From the NCBI GenBank assembly GCA_963697445.1, contig CAVOOC010000035.1, forward strand, positions 43,993 to 107,992: DNA of 64,000 nt. The letters are read 5' to 3'. This document shows, one piece after another, positions 38,679 through 46,570 of this stretch; the first letter of the stretch is position 1; every line of letters begins with the position of its first letter. The notes beneath the pieces were generated by a model, which was not told the origin of the DNA, searched no databases, and saw nothing but the letters and a program-made list of their open reading frames with translations. Source of the DNA: an uncultured Actinomycetes bacterium (GTDB lineage Bacteria; Actinomycetota; Actinomycetes; Streptosporangiales; Streptosporangiaceae). A program made the translations under genes and the position numbers.

Positions 38679-39620
38679 GTGACCGCGCGGCTGACCCGCC
38701 GCTCCGGCGGGGCATCCCGGCTGCGGGCCCTGCTGGACTCCGGGCAGACCATCGTGGCACCGGGGGCGTTCGATCCGCTGGCCGCCCGGCTGGTCGAGGA
38801 GGCCGGGTTCCCGGCGGTGTACATGACCGGGTTCGGGACGTCGGCGGCGCTGATCGGGCGGCCGGACGTGGGCCTGCTCACGATGACCGAGATGGTTGAC
38901 AACGCCGGCCGGATCGCCGCGTGCGTGGATATCCCGGTGATCGCCGATGCCGACACCGGCTACGGCAACCCGCTGAACGTGATCCGCACCGTCGGGGCCT
39001 ACGAGGCAGCCGGGGTCGCCGGGATTCATATCGAGGACCAGGTGGCCCCGAAGAAGTGCGGGCACATGGAGGGCAAGCTCGTGATCCCGGCGGAGGAGAT
39101 GGCGGCCAAGATCCGGGCCGCGGCCGAGGCACGCACGCAGCCCGAGTTCGTGATCATCGCCCGGACCGACGCGCGGGCAGCCGAGGGCCTGGTCCGGGCG
39201 CTCGAGCGCGCCAGGATGTACCGGGACGCCGGCGCCGACGCGCTGTTCATCGAGGCCGTCGTCAGCGAGCGCGAAGCCGAGGAGGCGATCCGTGCCTTCC
39301 CCGACGTGCCGCTGCTGTTCAACTGGGCCGAAGGCGGCAAGACCCCGCCGATCAGCCTGGACCGCCTGACCGAGCTCGGCTACCGGATCGTCATCTTCCC
39401 CATCAGCACGCTGCTGGCGGCGACTGCCGCCATGCGCCGCATACTGCGGGAGATCGCTCAGGCGGGGACGCCGGCCGCGCTTTTGCCCGGGCTGCCGGCG
39501 TTCGGCGAGTTCACCGATTTCATCGGGCTGCCCCAGGTGCGCGACGCCGAGCAGCGGTACGCTGCGGCGGACGCCGCACCGGAGCGGCAGCCAGGAGGCG
39601 AGGATGGCAGCGACGTTTGA
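38679..39620 (+). CDS. isocitrate lyase / PEP mutase-family enzyme (methylisocitrate lyase / carboxyvinyl-carboxyphosphonate phosphorylmutase-like)
   Basis: APGAFDPLAARLVEEAGFPAVYMTG, VIADADTGYGNPLNV, GIHIEDQVAPKKCGHMEGK and ARTDA are family motifs. Confidence 0.9.
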   Translation: MTARLTRRSGGASRLRALLDSGQTIVAPGAFDPLAARLVEEAGFPAVYMTGFGTSAALIGRPDVGLLTMTEMVDNAGRIAACVDIPVIADADTGYGNPLNVIRTVGAYEAAGVAGIHIEDQVAPKKCGHMEGKLVIPAEEMAAKIRAAAEARTQPEFVIIARTDARAAEGLVRALERARMYRDAGADALFIEAVVSEREAEEAIRAFPDVPLLFNWAEGGKTPPISLDRLTELGYRIVIFPISTLLAATAAMRRILREIAQAGTPAALLPGLPAFGEFTDFIGLPQVRDAEQRYAAADAAPERQPGGEDGSDV

Positions 39621-40032
39621 CCGGCTCAGCGTGACCGCGGAGCTGGCCAAGGCCATGATCGAGGCGGCGGAGGCGAAGGCGAACGAGATGAGCCATCCGT
39701 TCGTGATCGCCGTCGTGGACGACAGCGGCGTGCTGAAGGCGTTCAGCCGCATGGACGGCGCGGCCCTGCTGTCGGTCCAGATAGCACAGGACAAGGCGTA
39801 CACGGCGGCCGGCTTCGGCCTGTCCACCGACGCCTGGCACGACTTCGTCAAGGACGACGCGCCGCTGGCCATGGGCGCGGCCCCGGGCATCGACCGCCTC
39901 ATCGTGTTCGGCGGCGGCTACCCCATCAAGATCGGGGATGCCATCGCCGGGGCGATCGGCGTCAGCGGCGGCCACTACACCCAGGACATGGAGGTGGCCC
40001 AGGCCGGGCTCGCGGTCGTGCCGGCCTCCTGA
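39604..40032 (+). CDS. GlcG/HbpS-like heme-binding protein (DUF336)
   Basis: VIAVVDDSGVLKAFSRMDGA...IAQDKAYTAAGF...GGGYPI...GAIGVSGG fits the family. It overlaps the upstream gene by 17 nt. Confidence 0.88.
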   Translation: MAATFDRLSVTAELAKAMIEAAEAKANEMSHPFVIAVVDDSGVLKAFSRMDGAALLSVQIAQDKAYTAAGFGLSTDAWHDFVKDDAPLAMGAAPGIDRLIVFGGGYPIKIGDAIAGAIGVSGGHYTQDMEVAQAGLAVVPAS

Positions 40033-40170
40033 CCTCGAGTCGTCCGCACGTCAGCTCAGCACCGGCAACTTGTCACTATGTGAGACCAGACGCGGCCCGT
40101 CCTCGTGTGATCATCAAGGGTCGGCCACGGGGCCAGCAAATGTCAGGAACCAGTAGCAGAAAGAGGAGCC

Positions 40171-40938
40171 ATGGCCGGAACGGACGCGACAACGCCAGCA
40201 AAGCCGGTGCTGACCGTGCCGCTCGACATGCCATCGGCCCAGCTCCTCGCCGACCAGGCCGCGATCATCCAGGATCTGCAGTTCGTGATGGAGTGCTCCA
40301 AGCGGCTGCTGACCGAGCTGGACAAGCCCGAGATCGTCCGGGACTCGGTCGTGCCGCAGGCGCTCTGGTCGGCGGCGCTGGTTGCCTATGCCCGCAGCTT
40401 CGGCAAGGGCAAGCGGTTCGGCCTGACGACCGAAGACGTACGGAGCCTGCCGCTGCAGGGCGAGGTGATGAAGTACCACCAGTGGGTGCTCGGCGAGCGG
40501 GACAGGCTCGCCAGGCACCCATCCAACCCGTTCCAGGCGGCGAGGGTCGGAGCGGCTCTCACACCGCCCGACCGGGGGAAGCGCCGGGTCGAGGGCATCG
40601 CCATTCTTTCCGCGAGTCAGCTGCTGGTGGATGACACCGGCGTGCGGCAACTCGGCGCCCTGGCGTCGGAGCTGGCCAAGCAGACCGCCGAGAAGGCGCA
40701 GAAACAGCAGGACGCTGTGCTGGCGGACGCTCAGGAACTCAGCCTAGACAGCCTGTACAAGCTGCCGCCGCTGCCCACCGGCCCGCCGGCCCCCGCTGCC
40801 GCCGGGGATGAGCCGCCTGGTTCGGCTGTCGCTGGGGACGGCCGGCTGCCGCCGGGGATGCGCCGTCCCCCGCTTCCGCCGGGGACGAGCCGGCTGCCGC
40901 TGGGGACGAGCCGGGCTGCCGGCGGGGATGCGCCGTAA
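40171..40938 (+). CDS. hypothetical protein with Pro/Ala/Gly/Asp-rich repeat tail
   Basis: The ATG follows AGAGGAG. Third-position GC is high. No family was recognised. The C-terminal 21-nt motif repeats are read in two different frames (see findings). Confidence 0.6.
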   Translation: MAGTDATTPAKPVLTVPLDMPSAQLLADQAAIIQDLQFVMECSKRLLTELDKPEIVRDSVVPQALWSAALVAYARSFGKGKRFGLTTEDVRSLPLQGEVMKYHQWVLGERDRLARHPSNPFQAARVGAALTPPDRGKRRVEGIAILSASQLLVDDTGVRQLGALASELAKQTAEKAQKQQDAVLADAQELSLDSLYKLPPLPTGPPAPAAAGDEPPGSAVAGDGRLPPGMRRPPLPPGTSRLPLGTSRAAGGDAP

Positions 40939-41009
40939 GCCGCGCCCGGAGCGCTGCGCTGCCGCCTAGCTCCGGCGGAATCCGGAGGCCGCGCTCTAGG
41001 CTGTCAGGC

Positions 41010-41930
41010 ATGAAGATCGGATTCGGTGCCCCGGTTTCCGGCGCGTGGGCGACCCCGGACAACCTGGCCGCCTTCCCCGCCAGGGCCGAGAAGGCGGGTT
41101 ATGACTCCCTCTGGGCCTTCCAGCGGCTGCTCGTCCCGGTGGGCTCGGCCATGGAGCCCGTCTACCACAGCGTGCTCGACCCGATGGTCGCGCTCGGCTT
41201 CGCGGCCGCGAGCACGTCCCGGATCAGGCTCGGCGTCGCGGTGGTGAACCTTCCGTTCGTCTCCCCCGCGGTGCTGGCCAAGCAGGCGGCCACGCTGGAC
41301 GTGCTGTCCGGCGGGCGGCATGACCTGGGGCTCGGCATCGGCTGGATGCCGGAGGAATTCGAGGCCACGGGCGCGTCCATGCAGCGGCGCGGCGCCCGCA
41401 CCGAAGAGTACATCGCCGTCCTGCGCGCGCTGTGGGCCGACGGGGTGAGCAGGTTCAGCGGCGAGTTCTACTCCATCCCCCCCTGCCGGTCGGACCCGAA
41501 TCCCGTCCAGCCCGGAGGGCCGCCCGTCCTGCTCGGCGGCGGTGCCCGGCCCGCGCTGCAGCGGGCCGGCCGGGTGGCCGACGGCTGGGTCACCTCGAGC
41601 CGCGCCGACCTGTCCCGCATCGGCGAGAGCATCGAGGTCGTGCGCTCGGCCGCGCGGGACGCTGGCCGCGACCCCGGCGCCATCAGGATCATCTGCCGGG
41701 GGGTGGTGGGGGCCGGCGCCGAGGCCACCTCGGGCGATGGCGGCCGACGGCTGCTGTCCGGTTCCTTCGACCAGATCCGGGCCGACACCGCCTGGCTCGA
41801 GGGCCAAGGCGTCACCGAGGTCTTCTACGACCTCAACTGGGATCCGCAGATCGGCTCCCCGGACGTCAACCCGGCCTCGGCGGTGCGGCGGGCGGGCGAG
41901 ATCCTCGACGCCCTCGCGCCAGACCGGTAA
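41010..41930 (+). CDS. LLM-class (luciferase-like) probable F420-dependent oxidoreductase
   Basis: MKIGFGAP...AEKAGYDSLWAFQRL, LDVLSGGRHDLGLGIGW and the length fit the TIM-barrel LLM family. Confidence 0.82.
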   Translation: MKIGFGAPVSGAWATPDNLAAFPARAEKAGYDSLWAFQRLLVPVGSAMEPVYHSVLDPMVALGFAAASTSRIRLGVAVVNLPFVSPAVLAKQAATLDVLSGGRHDLGLGIGWMPEEFEATGASMQRRGARTEEYIAVLRALWADGVSRFSGEFYSIPPCRSDPNPVQPGGPPVLLGGGARPALQRAGRVADGWVTSSRADLSRIGESIEVVRSAARDAGRDPGAIRIICRGVVGAGAEATSGDGGRRLLSGSFDQIRADTAWLEGQGVTEVFYDLNWDPQIGSPDVNPASAVRRAGEILDALAPDR

Positions 41931-42203
41931 GCCGGGGCGCTCGCCGGGCGGGTCATCCGACGGCGGGCGCCGCCGTCCGCTCCCGGCGCAGCAGCAAGGA
42001 AGCAGCCCCCGGCGCCGCAGTCACGCAGCCAGTCGTCATGATGGAGCGATTGGCCGGCTATCACCTATCAAATGCTCCATCGTCCCTGACGACCCCTTCC
42101 ACGCCAACTACCACAGTGATCAGTGTGACGAATGTGGTTGGCGGGGCGGCGCTCGCTGGTGCTACCGGGCTGGGCTGGGGGCGCGAGGCCAGGGCCGAGC
42201 GCG

Positions 42204-45170
42204 CTACCTGCCGGGCGCGCCGGCGGTGGCGGTGAGGCCTTCGTCGTGCGCGATGGCTGCCGCCTCGGTGCGGCTGGCCGCGCCGAGCTTGGCCAGGATG
42301 TTGGAGACGTGCACGCTGGCCGTCTTGGGCGCGATGAACAGGGTGGCGCCGATCTCCCGGTTGCTGCGGCCGGCCACGATCAGCCGCAGCACCTCCTGCT
42401 CCCTGCTGGTCAGGCCGGCCAGCTTGCCCGGGCGGCCGCCTGCCCAGCCCGGTGCGGGACCATGGCCGAGCCGTGCGCGCCGCGCCAGGCCGTCGAGTGC
42501 CGTCCGCAGCGGCACCGCACCGAGCCGGCTGGCGACTTCGGCGGCCTGCTGCCACTCCCGCTGCGCATCCTCGCGCCGCCCGGCCTCGGCGAGCGCCTCG
42601 GCGAGCCGCCACCGCGCCCGCGCGGCCTCGTACACGAAGCCGTGGTCAAAGGCCTCGAGCACGGACTGCCAGGCCTCGGGTGAGTTGTCGCCGGCGGCAC
42701 GGCGCCACTCCGCCTCGGCGCGGGCCAGCCAGGCCCTGCCCTCCTGGCCGAGGACGGCCTTGGGCCTGCGCCGGTGCTCGGCTCCCACCCGGGCGGCCTC
42801 GATCAGCTCCCCGGCCGCGTCGACCTCGGCCTGCGCGGCGGCCTGGTCTCCGGTCCCGCGGGCACGGCGGGCCCGGTCCGCCCGGGCGCTCAGCCCGATC
42901 GCGGCGAGCCGGATGACCGGCGGCCCGTAGTCGTCACCCTCTTCGGCTTCGACCCTGACCGCCGCGTCGATCTCGGCCAGCGCCGTCTCGGTGTCACCGC
43001 GCCAGAGCGCGTGCTCGGCGAGCAGTCCCCGCGCGGTGTACTCCGCGAACTGGGCGGAAGGCCAGACCGGCTCCAGCCACCTGCGGCGCTCGGCGATCAC
43101 CTCGTCGTGCCCCCTGGCGACGTCGATGAACAGCGCCATCGCGGACAGCTCGGCCTCGGAGTTGGTGGCTACCCGGACGCTGAACCCGTCGGCGAGTTCC
43201 TGCGCGTGGTCCCAGTCCCCGTCGCCGTAGTGCGCCAGGTAGTGCAGGTACTGCAGGTCGGTGCCGTACGGCGCCCGGGCCAGGCCCGCCTTCTCGGCCC
43301 GGCTGAATCCCTGGTGCGCGATCGTCGCCGCCTCGAGCAGGTCGCCCCGCTCGAGCCGCACCCGGGCCAGCTGATACGCCGCGCGCAGCTCGACGCCGAG
43401 CATCTCGGCGTCCCGGGCCTGCTTGTGCGCGGCGGCGAACTGCTCCAGCATCTCCTCGGTGTGCCCGCTCCGCTCGCTGACGTGCCCGAGCGTGACCAGG
43501 GCGTCGGCCTCGACGAACGGGGCGTCGGCCGCCCTGGCGGCCTGCCGCGCGCACTCCGCCTGCTCGCGCGCCTGCTCGTCGTCGATGGCGAGCAGCACGA
43601 ACGCGTAGGTGGCCATCGCCCGCGCCCGCTCCCAACTCGGCGGCTCCGCGGGCATCGCGTCGATGGCCGCCCGGGCGGCGTCGGCGGCCTCCGGCACCGA
43701 CTCGAGGTGGAAGTAGTAGAACGCGAGCCGCTCGCGGATCCGGCAGGCCAGGTCCGGCTCGACCGGCTGGGAGTCGAGCACCTGGCTGACCCGCCGCAGC
43801 TGGTGCACGGCGCGGGCGAGATCGCCGCTGGCCGCGGCGTTGGTCGCGGACTTGAGCGCCAGCTTGGGCCGGTTCATCCCGGACAGCTCCTCCGGGTCGT
43901 CCACCCGGTCCCACAGGGCCAGCGCCTGATCGTAATGCCGGTGCGCTTCGGCCGGCGCCGCCAGCCGCTCGGCCTCAAATCCGGCCCGGACGGAAGCAGA
44001 GAACGCCCCGGCGATGTCGTGGCTGGCCAGGCAGTGATGGGCCAGCTCGGCCGCCGAGCCCGGCACCGCGTCCAGCCGCTTCTCCTCGGCCAGCAGGCCG
44101 GCCAGCGTCGCGTGCAGCCTGGTCCGCTCCCCCGGCAGCAGGTCGGCGTAGATCGCCTCGCGCAGCAGCGCGTGCCGGAACATGTAGCCCTCGCGGCCGT
44201 CGGGCGCGAGCAGCTGCTGGGCGACCGCCTCGCGGATGGCCGCCTCGTACTCGGGCGCGGACAGGCCAGACGCCGCCATGACCAGCTCGTCGTCTACCCG
44301 GCGGCCGCCCACCGCGGCCGCGCGCAGCGCCTGCTGCGCGGTCGCCGACAGCCCCTCCACCCGGGTCATGAGCAGCGCCGCGAGGCCCGCAGGCAGCTCC
44401 TCGTTGCCGTCCGACGCAGCGAGCAGCTCCTCGGCGTAGTAGGCGTTGCCCTCGGCCCGGTCCACGATGGTGATCAGCTCGGACGCGTCCAGCGTGCGCC
44501 GCCCGGTCAGCTCCGCGAGCGCGGCGATGTGCGCCGCGAGCGACACCGGCTCCAGCGGCCCGAGATCGACGGGGGTGACGTGCGGCAGCCTGAGCAGCTC
44601 GGCGACCACCGGGCGCAGCGGGTGGCGGCGGTGCAGGTCATCGGTGCGGTAGGTGCCGAGCACCGCCACCCGCTCGCGGTGCAGCATCCGGGACAGGAAC
44701 GTGAGCAGGTCACGGGTCAACCGGTCGGCCCAGTGCAGGTCCTCGAGGACGAGCAGCACCGGGCTCGTCTCCGCCAGCTCGGTGAGCAGGCCGAGCACCG
44801 CCCCGAACAGCTGCTGGCGGGCCAGCTCACGGCCGTCGCCGCTGGCCGGGATGCCCGGCCCGTGATCGGGCAGCAGGCGGCCGAGGACCGGCCGGTCGGC
44901 GACCAGCCCGGCCACCCGGGCCGACGCGTCCCCGGTGACGCTCCGCAGCGCGTCGGCGAGCGGCAGGTACGGCACGCTGTCGCCCAGCTCGGCGCAGCGC
45001 CCGGCGAGCACGGTGAACCCGCGCTCCCTCGCCCGCCCGGCCAGCTCGGTCACCAGCCTCGTCTTGCCGACCCCCGCATCCCCGCTGACCAGGGCGACAG
45101 CCGCTTCTCCCGCGGCGACCGAGTCGAGCAGAGCCAGCAGCCGGGCGAGCTCCCTGGCGCGGCCCACCAT
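42204..45170 (-). CDS. LAL-family transcriptional regulator (N-terminal AAA/P-loop, TPR-like middle, C-terminal LuxR HTH)
   Basis: Walker A reads VSGDAGVGKTRLV, and LVLEDLHWAD is present. The C-terminal LTSREQEVLRLIVAGRSNREIGATLFIAPKTASVHVSNILAKLG is a LuxR HTH. I chose the MVGRAREL start at 45170; upstream ATGs exist at 45194, 45224 and 45308. Confidence 0.88.
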   Translation of the reverse strand: MVGRARELARLLALLDSVAAGEAAVALVSGDAGVGKTRLVTELAGRARERGFTVLAGRCAELGDSVPYLPLADALRSVTGDASARVAGLVADRPVLGRLLPDHGPGIPASGDGRELARQQLFGAVLGLLTELAETSPVLLVLEDLHWADRLTRDLLTFLSRMLHRERVAVLGTYRTDDLHRRHPLRPVVAELLRLPHVTPVDLGPLEPVSLAAHIAALAELTGRRTLDASELITIVDRAEGNAYYAEELLAASDGNEELPAGLAALLMTRVEGLSATAQQALRAAAVGGRRVDDELVMAASGLSAPEYEAAIREAVAQQLLAPDGREGYMFRHALLREAIYADLLPGERTRLHATLAGLLAEEKRLDAVPGSAAELAHHCLASHDIAGAFSASVRAGFEAERLAAPAEAHRHYDQALALWDRVDDPEELSGMNRPKLALKSATNAAASGDLARAVHQLRRVSQVLDSQPVEPDLACRIRERLAFYYFHLESVPEAADAARAAIDAMPAEPPSWERARAMATYAFVLLAIDDEQAREQAECARQAARAADAPFVEADALVTLGHVSERSGHTEEMLEQFAAAHKQARDAEMLGVELRAAYQLARVRLERGDLLEAATIAHQGFSRAEKAGLARAPYGTDLQYLHYLAHYGDGDWDHAQELADGFSVRVATNSEAELSAMALFIDVARGHDEVIAERRRWLEPVWPSAQFAEYTARGLLAEHALWRGDTETALAEIDAAVRVEAEEGDDYGPPVIRLAAIGLSARADRARRARGTGDQAAAQAEVDAAGELIEAARVGAEHRRRPKAVLGQEGRAWLARAEAEWRRAAGDNSPEAWQSVLEAFDHGFVYEAARARWRLAEALAEAGRREDAQREWQQAAEVASRLGAVPLRTALDGLARRARLGHGPAPGWAGGRPGKLAGLTSREQEVLRLIVAGRSNREIGATLFIAPKTASVHVSNILAKLGAASRTEAAAIAHDEGLTATAGAPGR

Positions 45171-45207
45171 GGGTCCGCACGTGTCCTGCTGCATAACCGT
45201 AAGTATC

Positions 45208-46392
45208 TCACCCGGGTCGGACATTCCCCGACGGGTTATCCGGCCGCACGGGGGGCTGACCGCGGCTGACCTGGCCAGACTTTCCGTCACGGCCGGGCAC
45301 GGCTTCATCAGTGACCCGGCGGAAGCTGCCCGGGATGGCTGACGAACGGCCCGCGCGCGGTGCGGCTAGCCCGGCCGGATGCCTGGCCCGGGACGGCTGC
45401 ACCCGGGGCGGCTCGCCGGGCATCTTCGGGTAGTCGGGCGGGTACGGAAGATCACCCAGATCCCGGTCGCGCTCGTCGGCCGCGGACATCTCCAGCAGCG
45501 CGTCCAGCCGGAACGCCTCGGCGCCCGGCCCGTTCAGCCCCGCGTGCGGGTCGGGGACAGCGGCGCAGCGCGCGGGCATGGTCGCGACCGTGAAGTCCCC
45601 GGGCTCGACGTCGTCAAGCTCGTCCCAGGTCACCGGCGCGGACACGGTGGCGGCCGGGACCGCGCGGGCCGAGTACGCGGCCACGATCGTCCGGTCCCTC
45701 GCCGCCTGGTTGTAGTCGATGAAGATCCGCTCGCCCCGTTCCTCCTTCCACCAGGACGTGGTGACGAGGTCGGGCAGCCGCCGCTCCAGCTCGCGGCCGA
45801 ACGCGATCACCGCCCGCCGCACGCCGATGAAGTCCCATTCGGGCACGATCCGCACGGCCAGGTGCAGGCCGCGGCCGCCGGAGGTCTTGACGAACCCGGT
45901 CATGCCGAGCTCGCCGAGCAGCCCGCGGGCCGCGTGCGCCGCCGTGACCGCGTCGCCGAACGAGGTGCCCGGCTGCGGGTCGAAGTCGATCCTCATCTGA
46001 TCCGGGTGCTCGACATCCGCCCTGGTCACCGGCCACGGATGAAACTCCAGGGTGCCGAGGTTGGCGGCCCAGGCGAGCACCGCGACCTCGGTCGGGCAGA
46101 CCTCGTCCGCCGTCCGGCCGCTCGGGAAGCGGATCTGCACCGACTCCAGCCAGTCCGGAGCACCCTTCGGCACGCGCTTGGCGAAGAAGGACTCGCCCTC
46201 GACCCCGTCCGGGTAGCGGCGCAGCGTCACTGGCCGGTCCCGCACCGCGGCCAGCATCGGCTCGCCGACCGCGATGTAGTACCGGACCAGGTCTTCCTTG
46301 GTGACGCCGGGAAACATGACCTTGTCCGGGCTGCTGACCCGCACCGCCCGGCCGCCGGCCTCGATCTCCAGAGCTTCCGCCCGCTTCGGCAT
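45208..46392 (-). CDS. stand-alone LigD polymerase (primase-polymerase) domain protein for non-homologous end joining
   Basis: VRVSSPDKVMFP...TKEDLVRYY, RYPDG..GESFFAKR, LEFHPWP, FVKTSGGRGLHL and IFIDYNQ are LigD-Pol motifs. The ATG at 46392 was chosen as the start. Confidence 0.88.
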   Translation of the reverse strand: MPKRAEALEIEAGGRAVRVSSPDKVMFPGVTKEDLVRYYIAVGEPMLAAVRDRPVTLRRYPDGVEGESFFAKRVPKGAPDWLESVQIRFPSGRTADEVCPTEVAVLAWAANLGTLEFHPWPVTRADVEHPDQMRIDFDPQPGTSFGDAVTAAHAARGLLGELGMTGFVKTSGGRGLHLAVRIVPEWDFIGVRRAVIAFGRELERRLPDLVTTSWWKEERGERIFIDYNQAARDRTIVAAYSARAVPAATVSAPVTWDELDDVEPGDFTVATMPARCAAVPDPHAGLNGPGAEAFRLDALLEMSAADERDRDLGDLPYPPDYPKMPGEPPRVQPSRARHPAGLAAPRAGRSSAIPGSFRRVTDEAVPGRDGKSGQVSRGQPPVRPDNPSGNVRPG

Positions 46393-46570
46393 GCGACCAC
46401 CGTAGACCACGCGCCCGCGACAGTGATCAACTTCGACTTTGCACACGCTAGGACCAAAATCAGGGGCAATTTGTCCGGGTTCGGTGGTCGTAACGTGTGC
46501 AAGGTGAGCTCACGCGGCCGACTGGGGCGGGAAATCGTCGGGGCCGGGGTCAGCCGCGATAGAATTAACC

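Noticed and set aside
42041-42080. Inverted repeat ATGGAGC...GCTCCAT (7-bp stem, 26-nt loop) in the AT-richer gap between the convergent LLM oxidoreductase and LAL regulator genes. A possible small ORF (MMERLAGYHLSN...) also lies there.
   Set aside because: The stem is short and probably a simple terminator element. The ORF has poor codon bias and no RBS.
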